Below are positions 14,503-26,900 of a DNA stretch of 64,000 nucleotides, piece after piece (position 1 is the first letter of the stretch; each line of letters starts with the position of its first letter). Source of the DNA: Phoronis australis. Lineage: Eukaryota > Animalia > Phoronida. The notes beneath the pieces were generated by a model. That model worked only from the letters and a program-made list of their open reading frames with translations. It was not told where the DNA came from and did no database searches. A program made the translations under genes and the position numbers. Where the stretch lies: assembly GCA_002633005.1 (NCBI GenBank), contig NMRA01000031.1, positions 843,185 through 907,184 of the forward strand, given 5' to 3'.

Positions 14503-15494
14503 CCAAAGTTAACAGACCACACCGACCAACACTTTCCAAACATTGAAGCATCAATACTGTTGTGAAAGGTCTTTTAAAGGGGGTTGCATGATATTTATCA
14601 ATATCTATATATTGATATCCTTACATGTAATACATTGGAAGTACAGCATTTATTAATCTCTACAAATCACACAGCTGTCATTGCCAAATTACCATATGAT
14701 ATGTTATTAAAATAATAAACAAGAGTGTTTATTTAAGTCATCTGGGGGACTGCTGCCCTAAAAAAATGTAAGTTGGGATATTTTTCTGAAACTCAAGTCG
14801 CATTTAAACTTGTCTTAATCTCAGAAAATAAAGCTGTAATTGATATTCTGTAATAGTTATAGTTCAGACTTAGGATCAAAACGGTTGCACACCTTGAGCA
14901 GCTTGACCACTACTGATCAAGCTGACAGGCTTAGATATGAGTGACTTGATCTGCTCACTTTCATCCATCATTTGGCTCAAATAGATGAAGCTGGTCATGA
15001 AATAGACACCCTCTATGTGCCTCTGCTACAATAGGTTTTACTCAAGGTCACATTAGTTAGATATCATCTTCACCAAGATACCATTTACAGATCTCCAGTG
15101 TCAAAGGGCCAGATTGTGCTGATAGGTAGTCATGTATCAAAATAGAACAGGTGATTTCGCTTTTTGATTATCTTACTGTATTTGTTGAGTTCTAGCTGGG
15201 TTTTGAAGTCTAAACCTTGTGTGGCTTAAGTATGATTATAAATCATCAGTTGTAAACTGCACTGCTCTGGTAATGGCCTGTGTAAACATTAGTTAGAGAA
15301 GCCAAGCCTGAACTGGGAATACTGATCAATAGTAGGTCTACTTAGGAATCACTCTATTGGCTTTCCTCACAAGGCAGTTTGACTATAAGGCTGGTTCATA
15401 AATGACCAGGATATTTCTTCAATACATCCTCACTTGCTAATAATTACCACCCCTCAGGTCTCTTTAATTAGAAATGGAATAGAGCCATCACTAA

Positions 15495-15570
15495 TCTTGG
15501 TAGCTCAGTGGTTGGAGTACCTGCTGGTACTTGGGGAAATTCTGGGTTCAAATCCTATGCGGGTACTGGC
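15495..15570 (+). mobile_element. tRNA-derived SINE head or tRNA pseudogene
   Basis: A box TAGCTCAGTGG (15501) and B box GGTTCAAATCC (15545), but acceptor and anticodon stems do not pair properly. Confidence 0.55.
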
Positions 15571-15928
15571 AAGTTGTTTCAGATTGGCAAGGGAAAACTA
15601 CTGTCTGCAGTGTTTTCCACTAAGTATGTTTATTGTTGCCATGGCAACTAATAATTCACATGTTTATTGGGTTAAAAGCTTACCAATTTACAAATTGATA
15701 ATATTTTGGAAAGTGTAGATAATCACAACAACGGCCAGAGGCGCTTGAAAAATAAAAAAGCAATTCTTCAATTATTTTTAGCAGAAATTGTATACAGAAT
15801 ATATGAAATTTAAAATCATGTGTAGACCCAGTGATGCTTGTCGTGTTATTTTGTCTAGTATTTGATACATCTTGATTACTATAGTTCATAACCCAATGGA
15901 ATCTTATAATTCTATCTGATTTTGCGAT

Positions 15929-16309
15929 AGGGCCGTCCCAGACTACACAGCTTCTTGGTCCCGGAAATAAGAAAGCTTGTGACCTAGTTTTGTAAATCAG
16001 GCACATTTTCGTGTCTCTCATTGATGTCGGGAAGGCAAAGAATTTCAGATCACGCATCCATGGGTATTTGTCGAGTTTATCAAACTTTCTCACGTCGGGA
16101 GTTGCAGCCCACAGCACAGCAGAAATTCTTCATTGGCATTAGAAGGACGAATAGAGTAATGTAACCAAAAAAAACTTGTAAAGAACCAGACAACAAATAA
16201 CGTGTGAAACTCCAGTGGCATAAAAATGAGAAAGCAAATGTGCCTGACAGATGTTAGAGCATTGTGGGTAAATACAGCGAGATTTGAGTTTCTAATCCGG
16301 GACGGCCCT
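15929..16309 (-). mobile_element. Internally deleted ISL2EU/Harbinger-like element with a THAP-domain remnant
   Basis: TIRs AGGGCCGTCCC(A/G)GA; AT on both flanks; the - strand from 16139 reads MPMKNFCCAVGCNS, then after a frameshift DVRKF..LKFFAFP (N-terminal half of a THAP domain). Confidence 0.7.
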
Positions 16310-17836
16310 ATTGGTTCAATTTACGTTTTAGGAAATAATTGAAGGCTTTGTTGCAAGCGTCTAAGTCATGACTTGTAGATCTGATCCTTGATAGACATTA
16401 AAACTCTAATGTTAATATCCTTCTAAAAATGTACTGGTGGCATGATCACTTGATTCAAAATTTCAAAAACTAGTTAATGAACAATGTAACATAACTGTGG
16501 TCTACTGAACATGAGTTAAGTCAGGAAACATGTTGACAGTCTCAAGAGAGTCAATGGTTGACTGTAAGGCAATTAATTCTTCACTTATTTAACATGCAAT
16601 CTGACAAGTGAAATTCTGTTTTGTCAAAATTCTCCACAAAAATAAAGATTAAGAGTATTTTAGCCTATTCCTCATTACTAGCATGATGGGCAGTGTGTAG
16701 ATATCACAGAACAACTTTTTGGTAAAGTTACCATTATGTGTAGCAAGACAACCAGCCTGTGAGAATGTTTAAAGTTTTACAATTTGATAATTATTCTGGC
16801 ACAAAATGAGTTGAGCATTGCCGTAACTTGTATTTTTAATTAGCAACTCTGAACAGAATAAACTAGTTGAAAGTGTGGTTAACTTGTACAATGATACACC
16901 TGTACGTCCTGGTGTTGATACCGTGTGACAGTCTACATATTTCCAATGGGCAATAAATCCAAATGTTGCTGCAGAATCAAAAGTTAATGGGAAGGTGAAA
17001 AGGTAATCACCGGACACTGTGATGGGAAAATGACATTAGATTTGGCCAGGTGGTGTTGAATAACCCTGTTCATACTTGGTGCATTTTTTGTGCCTCATGC
17101 AACCATGAATTATTCAACGTTTACTTGACACCTTGTGATCAAGAACAGCTGAACATGTTTGGGTGTTATTTTGAATGTCATGTTGTGTCTACAAGGTCCC
17201 ACTGACTTGGCCTGCCTCCAGGTGTACAACATTTGAGTGATTATGTCTCTACACCTGCATAGGCCATGAGCTGTTAAGGACGTCAACTTGTGTGAGTGAC
17301 ATGTTTGTCAAATATACATTTGGTAGAGCTGTAAACGTAGTGATAGTCCAGGCATCTGATGCTTCACTATGTCTGAGTACATTTTCTGAAAATTTCTGCA
17401 AACATGCCCCCCAAATAATGGTCTGTGGGCCTATATTTGGAAAATTTTGCGACTCATGAGCCTGAGAATTTTCAAAGCTACAATTTAACATTTCTGTAGT
17501 TTGTAGCATTTACAAAATGAACAGTGTCCAAACAAAAACGAGGTAATATGAAAAACAAGACATAGCTTATTTCATTATGTTCATGGCTTCTGTACAAAAT
17601 ACAAACATAATTAGTGGTGCCACTGACTCCATAAACTACATGTATTGTGCTAATTCCATGTTTATGTTAACTCAATTATTTGTTTAGGACCCCTTGTCCA
17701 AAAGTATTCCTGGTTTATTTTTATAGCTGATAAGGAAGACTATGTCATTTTCATAAACGACATTGGGGCATACTTTCAGTTTTCCTGTAGGGGGAGCACT
17801 ATCATCCAATCTATTAAAATATGTGTTCTATTTCAG

Positions 17837-17981
17837 TTGTTCCGAAATGCCGAGCTACAGGCATAAAGCAGGAGAGAGTTCTACTCCTACAGCCAGTGTT
17901 AAGCCACTCATCAAATGTCACTGTTATCCCGCTGATGAGTGTGATGTGACCAGTAGGGAATTCTGCTTGACAAGAGGCAAG
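17837..17981 (+). CDS. ACVR1: ACVR1-like ectodomain exon A (..[32 protein letters not shown])
   Basis: tttcag acceptor, AAG|gtagga donor; joins the next exon in phase 0; holds the first four conserved ectodomain cysteines. Confidence 0.85.
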
Positions 17982-20900
17982 GTAGGATGTGACCACTAGT
18001 TGTAACCAGTCACTTGAATGATCAACAATGGAGACAGGCCTTTATGCAGCGTACGTCCAAATGGACGCCCTAGCACTAATCTGGACGCCCTGGCAAGGAC
18101 GCCCAATGTATCATTTGGACGACCACTGTCAATAGGAACCTTTCATGTTTGGACTAACACATTGTAATGAATACTAGGAAGCCTCTGAAGGCTCACAGTG
18201 GGGACTCTTTTTTTTAAAGCAGGAAGAAATATACAATGTGTGTACAAAGTATATACAATGTTGCTCACTGTTTGGTTAACTTAGATGTAAAAACCTTGGT
18301 CTATGCATGTTTTGTAAAAATAACTGTGTGTTTGGGGGGATTGCTGGGGTTGGGGGGTTTACACGTCGGAATCATGGACGCCCTGGAATACTGGGAACCC
18401 CATTTTGGACACCCTATTTTCGAAATCCTGGATAAAGGTCTGAATGGAGACATTGCTGTTTCCTTGTTCTCTACCCCTTTGGGCTGGGGATATCTGCAAT
18501 ATTGAATCCACTTTCCTAATGAACCATGTACATCCTCGGGTAATGATGAAAAATACCCATTATCCTAAGAATAGGTTACACTATGTTCAACGTTATCAAC
18601 AAGTCTATGCATTTAGTCAAATGTCTACGAAACCATGTGATTTAAAGAATGTTACATCGTAGAATTTGTTTTTTTAAATTTATACCAACATGCGATCACT
18701 TGGGTCACATGACCATGTCTTTTTAGTAAAACTTAGCAAAAAAGACCATGACTTTCTAAAACCGCTCTGAAGTGGTGGCGTATTACAACTATTGTTAAAT
18801 CTCTTGGTCTGTTGATACCATTTATATACCATGACCAAATTCCGTTTAGTATCAATGTCCAAGAACAGTTTTCTAAATTATTTTATTTTCGTTATACAAC
18901 TTATTTTTTTAAATCGTAAAAGTCCTATTTTTGAAAAAAATTATCATTTAAAACGCAATTCTTGTCATTGTTTTTGATAACAGTGCATACAGCGCAATAT
19001 CTGAAAGTTTCACATTTCTGAGATACAATGTTCCGAAGTTATCAAATTTGGCCATTTTTAGGGAGCTATGTCGTCAGGCATTCTTGAATTTTTTGTTGAT
19101 AAAATTCAACAGCTGCTGAAATGGACATCTTGGAAATAAGGCTCGCCACTGTAAAGGCATTTGTAAGAAAATTTGGGTGTAATATGTAAAATATTGGATA
19201 TCTAGAAAAGAATATTCATTATGTAAAAATATGGAAGAACTTTCTCAACGAAAGTATGGGAATTTCATATTTTTCTCTGGACAAGTTTCAATGACCCTGA
19301 ATTGAAGGATGTATTTTGTGTATTAGAAACTGAAAATTTAAAGCGCTAAGGAGGATGGTGTTTGTATTGTTAGCGAGAACATCAAAAATGTAATGGGTTT
19401 TTGCTGTGTTCTTTACGTTTCACGTTATATTTTGTTTTGTAATTCAAATACAATAATACATGATCTTACTTCTCTGATCAACTGTTCTAATCTTAACCAG
19501 GAAGATTTCATCCCTCATGTCATACACACGCTGTAGTTCAGGGACCTGTTTCTTGGAGACTTTATTGAATTTTGTCTTATGAATTTTGGCTGAAATTGGT
19601 CTGCGGACGGCTTAGTCAGTGTCATGAAAAGGGCTAAGCCTAAGAAAACCCATCTACAACTTGAAGACAAAAGACATAAATCGCAGTCAGCTGACTTGAC
19701 AGACAAAAACGTTTCGAGAAATGCAAACGATAAAAATTCAAATTTCAGCTCTTCATATCTATGACTTTTGGCTTAAGTCAAAAGGCAAAAATCACAAATT
19801 TATTGGACAAACAGGCCCCAGGGAGCGCTTTACTGAATCATGGCAGGTTACAACAGAAATTGCATTAACATTTTAAGCATGTTAGTAAACTTGACACTGT
19901 GCCCTGCCAGAACCATAAATCAAACTGCACCTGTTAAGCCTCAGTTGGGATTGACTGGTGGAAGTGGTCTATAGACATGTACTGAAGCACAATACCACTT
20001 CTCCTACATCCATTAGACATTCTCTGGTTAATTTAGCAGGCATTCAACAGTTTGTGATGGCTTTTCAATATGGCCGATGAATCTCAATGTAGCCAATCTT
20101 CTTGCCTCCTGTCTCAAGCCCTGCTGGACATGGTTTGAAATGACAGGAAGGACAGACTGGGCTTGATTGAAAAATCAGCTTGGTTTAGCACAGAAGCCTT
20201 TTTTCTCCAGGTTATTGTTTTATAGTTTTAGCAGGTTATTCTTGGGTGNTGGCATACTGCATCTAAAACCGAAAAACTTTTCAAGATCAGTTTTCAGCTA
20301 TGACAACTATGTAATAATGCGGAAATTTTTCTGAAAAACCTGTATGGAATATTTTTGTGGGGGCAAATTCCATAAACAAAAAAGTGCTAGAGAGTGATTT
20401 CAAATCTCTGACGACAAATCCTGTGCAAAACTGACTTGAGTACTCCTTAGAGTTCGAAATATCTCTCGGCAGTTGTATCGTTGCCAATATTCGAAAATGA
20501 AAAAGCGGGACATACCGCGAGAGGCAAATGTACTTTGCAACACCCAGATATATCCAGACAGTGTTTTTTTTTCATTGTAATGTGCAATGTATTGGGGAAA
20601 TAGGGGTAAATCACATGGAAACGCACAATAATACATAAATTTCATACTTGTGCCAAAAAGCGGGACATTCTGAATTTGTGACAGGAATCGAGACAAACTG
20701 TCGGAAAGCGGGACGGCCTTGTCAAAAGTTGGACAATATTGGCATGTATGCAGTTAGAATAATCTGTCAAACACTAAGCAAGGTCCTCATTCTTGGGTTT
20801 CATGTATCTGCTGTCATATCAGCTATCTTTGTCCTTTTCAAGATAGTGTGTGCACTCACTCTAGTGTTTTATTTCAGTGCTACGCGAGCCTTCTGTATGA

Positions 20901-23900
20901 TGTCAGTTTCCATGACATCGAGCGCTTTGGCTGCCTCCCAGAAGGGGAGACGGAAGACTTACCGTGTCGTACCCCACCTTCTGAGACACAATCCATGAAA
21001 TGCTGTGCTTCTAGCTTCTGTAACAAGGGCCTCCGTCCCACCTATTTACCTGCCTCTTCTGTGCCAACAGGTGAGTTCGTGTATTATGCAAACATATGCA
21101 CAGTCTGTGGCTAAAGCAATAGTGACTTCTGTTTGGTTAATATGGTTTTTATGTAGGTACGTACTCTTTCATACAGAATATTTTGACTGAATTTTACGAC
21201 ATGCCTCAAAAATGATCTTTGAAACGAGGCAAGTTAACTTCATGTTGTGTATGGTTAAACTGGTCGTAATGCAGCTCGTAGTTGTTATTTTTTCTTCGAA
21301 GTTTCAGTTAGGTTTCCTCAAATTCGAACTAAAATAATGGCCAAAGTTTTTTTTTTTTCATTTTTCAGACACTTGTATTGCCAAAACTGTCCAAAATTTC
21401 ATTGTTTGTTAATTGATGACAGTTGTACTTTATCAAGTAAAATTGTCTTCTTGTTATTGTCTTCTTGTTGAAACTTTTGATAAAATGAAATTTTACTGTT
21501 CCGCCATATTGTATTCGCAGCCATTTATGACTCAGCGAAGCAATCTTCTTTGTAACTTCAAAATACATTGGCATATTAACAAGAACTAAAGTTTGACCAC
21601 CGTATGTTTGTGACATTGTTATTGAAACAAAGCTCATTATATAATGTTACGTTCATCAACTTTTTGCCGTGATTTTTCTCCGTTGAAGTCTGAATTTGCC
21701 TAACCATTTATGGTTGGAAATTACTATTTTTTATAGCTACAGTAATGAAACAAAGGTTTTCTTCATGTGAATTTCATTCATATCGGCGTTCTGTAGAAAA
21801 GATATTGACCAACTGGTGCCTTAAGTCAACAAATAACCTCCTCATCTACTTGAAAGACGTGATTAATGTCCCATAAGTCCAAACTTATTGCAGTTATTCA
21901 AACTTCCAGCTATTGAGCCAAACTTCAAACTTGTTACTGCAACAACTTGAACAAGTCTACGAGATAACTGACCTGCTCTAGGTGGACGTAGTGCATAGAA
22001 TTCGAGATTACATAATTGCCGTGTTGTTCATTTCAGCCAACCCACCCTCTAACTCTCCGGTTATGTCCTACACCAGCCTTACGTTGGCTATTATACTACC
22101 AGTGACATTAGCCGCTGTCTTCATCGTCGCCATTGTGTGTCTATGCCGCTACATGCATAAGAGACGCATGGACGCCCTCCGACAACAGGAGATGCAGTAT
22201 CACCTGGTCAATGGGGACTTAGGGGCATCTGCTGTGGGTGACAGCACTCTACAGGTGAGTGCATACCTGGATTGGTATCAAATAGTGTCTCTCCTCGTTG
22301 TCACTGTGCCCTTAAGGAGGATCTTTAGGGTGAATACGGGAACAAATGGGTTAAAACTAAAGTTATTAGGATCCTGTGGGTATAAAACAACTTGTACGTT
22401 GGTAACTGTTTACCTTAAAAGAGGCCTGAACTACATGTTTCAGCATTTTAATATGAATTTTGAAAGTATAAAGGTTGGTTACAGTCATCCACTTATTCCT
22501 AAAGAGTGCACAGTGTTTTTCTTTTTTATGTTGAAAAGTAAAAAATTGTTAGTTTCGTAAAGCCCCACTGCAAGTGCTGTTTTTCGTGACATCACTGAGG
22601 CTATACAGCACAAAGAGATATAGGTCATTGGATGTGCGAGTACGTAGTCCAGTCGATAGATCAACATGTGCATACTCACAACCTTTTTCGTTTTTCTTTC
22701 CTGTGACTTTGACTCATCCCAGGGCCTAGCTGTATGAAGACTATCTTCAAAATACAACTAGGTACCAGTAGCACCGTGTGTTGAACTCTGTTAGACTCCG
22801 AAATTTCACATAGCCCCGGGTAGTTCTGCTCGTCACCTCGTCGCGAAACTTATGTCAACATGTATATCTCTAAACCGGCAGGGGAGCGAGCAAATATCTG
22901 GGTGTCATCCGACACTCACCTTGCCCACCAGAGCCATTTAAGTGAAAAACAATCTAGTAAACGTTTTTTTATTTCATAATTCTCAGCCTTTTGTAACAAA
23001 GCAAACTGGGTACGCTCAACACACGTTATTTCCTAAAATTTTGCGACATCTGTCGGGAAATGATGACAGCTTCGCGGGAGCAAAATTTTTATGAAATTCA
23101 GTTTCCTGGTATTATCTACTTAAAACTTGTAAGGAAATTAAATCAGCTCTAGTAATTTGTTATGACATGTACACAACTTCGAAGAACAGTTCGATCGCTT
23201 GGAAGAAGAACAACTCGGGAAATGAAACTGGCCAATGAAGGCAACAGAGCGCACCCAAATTTCAGAAGCAGAGTGAACGGCAGTCAATAATTTAGTCTAC
23301 TCAAGGAAGAGTGTAATTTTTAATGACACTGATTTTGTGTCAGATTTTATTTGATCAGTTTTTACTCATGTCGGTGCAACGGCCGCTATATATTTACTAC
23401 TTAGCTTTCACCAAGGCAACCTACGCAGTCGGGGCCCTCAGTTTTCTGGCCCGGCGTGCCGAGAACGGCATCAGTCAACACTACACGGCAGTAAACTTGT
23501 ATTATGAACTTTTGAGAGATGAGATCATAGACGAATTATACACATTAAGCACAGTTGTGTAGCCAAGAGGCATTCGCCCAATGAGCTATATACATAACAA
23601 GCTTGATTCACCTTATTGCCTTCACCCACGGTACAGCCTCAGTGACGTCAGATGCGCGTTAGCCAATAGGAATTAACATTGGAAAAACGCTTTTTTACAA
23701 AAATGTGAAAGAGTAACAAAGATGTGATTTCTGTTATAGACTTTATTCATCAATTAAATTACATTAAAATGCATGTTATTGTACTTCAGGAACCTTTTAA
23801 AAAGTTTCTGTGGCGAATGTAATCTGATACCAAGTGTCATTATTGTGAGATAGTCTTGGCAATTATCTCTGTATGACTACTTCTGTTGTAGAGGTCACCT

Positions 23901-26900
23901 TTTCACAATTACAGAATAGATAATTGGACATCTGCAAAAACTACTGAACTTTTTATCAAGGCTTGGAATTTTCCGCAGAAAAGCGAATTTCCGCTTTTTT
24001 CCCTTATTTCCTCCGCGCATTTTTGTTGTATTTCCACGGAAAAAATCGGATTTCCCATAAAATGTCGACGGCAAATTCGTTTCTAATCATGGCATTGCCG
24101 ACGACTTGAAAAGCGGAAACTGCTCTTTATGTTTCGGAGGAATGAAAGTTGTAATTGCCAGGGCACCTGGGATAGCGTGGTTCATCAATGGCGTCTGCGT
24201 GGTATTAAATCGTGGTGACAAATAGTGCGATTCTGCAACCAAATATGTACCCGTTTTCTGACACAAAACTTACTATTTCTTTTTTATGGAGGTTTAGATA
24301 ATGCTGGCATGTCACTCTTTCACTTTAGAATCTATTGGATGGAAGCTGTACATCTGGTAGTGGCTCAGGGCTCCCTCTGTTGGTACAACGAACTGTTTCT
24401 AGGCAGGTTACACTCACTGACTGTATTGGTAAGTCAGGGTAGTGGTATACGTTAGTCAGGGTAGTGATATATGTAAAACAAGGTACTGGTTTAGTTTGGT
24501 TACTTTTACTAATCACTGTGTCTTGTCACCTACCAATTGTATTTTTCTGTCAAAATAAGTTTGTTAGAAATCATTGTAATGTAGTGTCTACTCTTCACAT
24601 AGTGCAGATTTTATTAACTTACTTTTAATAATGATTTAGTTTAAACAAATATCAGAAGCTAGCTAAATGTCAGTTGCCATTCTTTATACTGTAAAAACTC
24701 TTATCAGACAGAGAGAGAAGTCAGACTTATAAAGTGTCCAAATAAGAACAACCGTGCTATGCAACTTTGTATGAGTTAGTAAAAATCCAACTTATGCAAG
24801 TTTTGCTGTTATCAGCTCACTATCTTACCTCCGTTGTTGGCAAGGCCTTAGTTACTGTCCTTTTTTACTGACTGTTTTAGTTTGATCAAAAGTTAGAATA
24901 CAAATTGAGTTGCTGTTTCTTTCATTCCATTTAATCAGGTTTAAAATGCTACAGCCTCTTAACTTGGAAACTGCTTTTTAAGTGTTATCATGAGTTGTTC
25001 GTTCATCGGAAGGTAATACACGATCTTGACCTTTCAGGTAAAGGTCGCTATGGTGAAGTATGGAGGGGGACATATCAAGGGGAGACAGTGGCAGTGAAAA
25101 TCTTCTCGTCACGTGACGAACAAAGTTGGCAGAGAGAAAGTGAGATCTACAACACAGTGTTACTGCGTCATGAGAACATTTTGGGATTCCTTGCCTCGGA
25201 CATGATCAGCGTTAAATCATGTACTCAGTTATGGCTGATCACGCTTTATCATGAAAACGGTTCGCTCTACGACTATTTAAACAAGACTGTTCTAGAGCCA
25301 CACACTATGTTGAGGATGGCCGTGTCGGCCGCAGCAGGCATAGTCCACCTGCACACTGAGATATTTGGAACGCAAGGCAAGCCAGCTATTGCGCACAGAG
25401 ATATTAAGTCAAAAAATATTCTGGTGAAACGCAGCCTCAGCTGCTGTATTGCCGATCTGGGATTGGCAGTGACTCACTCTCAGGTGACTAACGTTTTAGA
25501 CATTGGCAGCAACCACAAAGTGGGAACTAAGCGTTACATGGCTCCGGAGATCTTAGAGGAGACCATGAATGCGGAAAATTTTGACTGCTTCAAGAAAGTA
25601 GATGTCTACGCATTTGGTTTAGTGCTTTGGGAGATTGGTCGAAGGTGCATAGTGGGAGGTGAGTTTGTCTTCTTTGGCTTGTTGGTGGTTATTATGAGTT
25701 GCAAAATGGGTACTTGTGAAACACAGTAAATGTACGTATTCCACTGTTGTCCATATGTAACAAAAATTAAGAGTACGTCATAAGTGAAAATGATATTATC
25801 CTGCTTTATACAACATGCATCAGTTACGTCTTGCTTAATCATGGGCAGAAAAGTTTTTTATTTCATATTTTCTTTTGTTTCCCGACCTACTTAATTTACA
25901 TTTTTGTGACAAGTTACCAGTTGGTGCGTTTCAAACTCCATTATGATTCAACAAATTTTATTGAAGCCCCAGTGCAACTGCCTTCTGCAACTTTTTTTGA
26001 CACTAAGGATACTTTAGAAGTGGTCGCATTTTGTGCATTATTAGGTCAGAAGTGACTTCGTGGCAAGTATTGACGAAGCACTGTCACTGAACACTGAACT
26101 CTAGGTGGAGTTAGTGACTGAACACAAGGTGGAGCCACTAGTTGCTACATTGGGACTCCAATNACACTGCAAGCGCTGTTTTTCGTGACGTCACTGAGCT
26201 GTACAGCACAAAGAGATATAGGTCATTAGCGGTGCGAGTAGGTAGTCCAGTCGATAGATCAACATGTGCATACTCACAACCTTTTTCGGTTTTCTTTCCT
26301 GTGACTTTGATTCATCCCAGGGCCTAGCTGTATGAAGACTATCTTCAAAATACAACTAGGTACCAGTGGCACTGTGTGTTGAACTCCGTTAGACTCCGAA
26401 ATTTCACATAGCGCGGGTAGTTCTGCTCGTCACCTTGTTGCGAAACTTATATCAACATGTAGAGCTCTGAACCGGCAGGGGAGCGAGCAAATAATGGGTG
26501 TTAACCGACACTCACCTTGCCCGCTGGAGCCATTTAAGTGAAAAACAATCCAGTAAACGTTATTTTATTTCATAATTCTCAGCCCTTTTGTAACAAAGAA
26601 AACTGGGTGCGCTCAACACACGCTATTTCCTAAAATTTTGCGACATCTGTCGGGAAATGATGACAGCTTCGCAGGAGCAAAATTTTTTGATGAAATTCGG
26701 TTTCCTGGTATTAAAATACTAAAAACTTGTATCTGCAAAAACTACTGAACTTTTTATCAAGGCTTGCAATTTTCCGCGGAAAATTGAATTTCCGCTTTTT
26801 TGCCGTATTTCCTCCGCGCATTTTTGTTATATTTCTACGAAAAAAATCGGATTTCTCATAAAATGTCGGCGGCAAATTGGTTTCTAATTGTGGCGTTGCC

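Noticed and set aside
15495-15570. Functional tRNA gene
   Set aside because: A and B boxes are present, but no proper cloverleaf (acceptor and anticodon stems unpaired); treated as SINE or pseudogene
97-17500. Numerous 60-145 aa ORFs in the ORF track
   Set aside because: No recognisable motifs (other than the THAP remnant) and no consistent splice structure; many lie in repeats or start at non-ATG codons
24995-25037. N- and C-terminal extensions of the 244-aa kinase ORFs in the ORF track
   Set aside because: They are intronic read-through beyond the splice sites at 25038/25658 (and 27850/28470)
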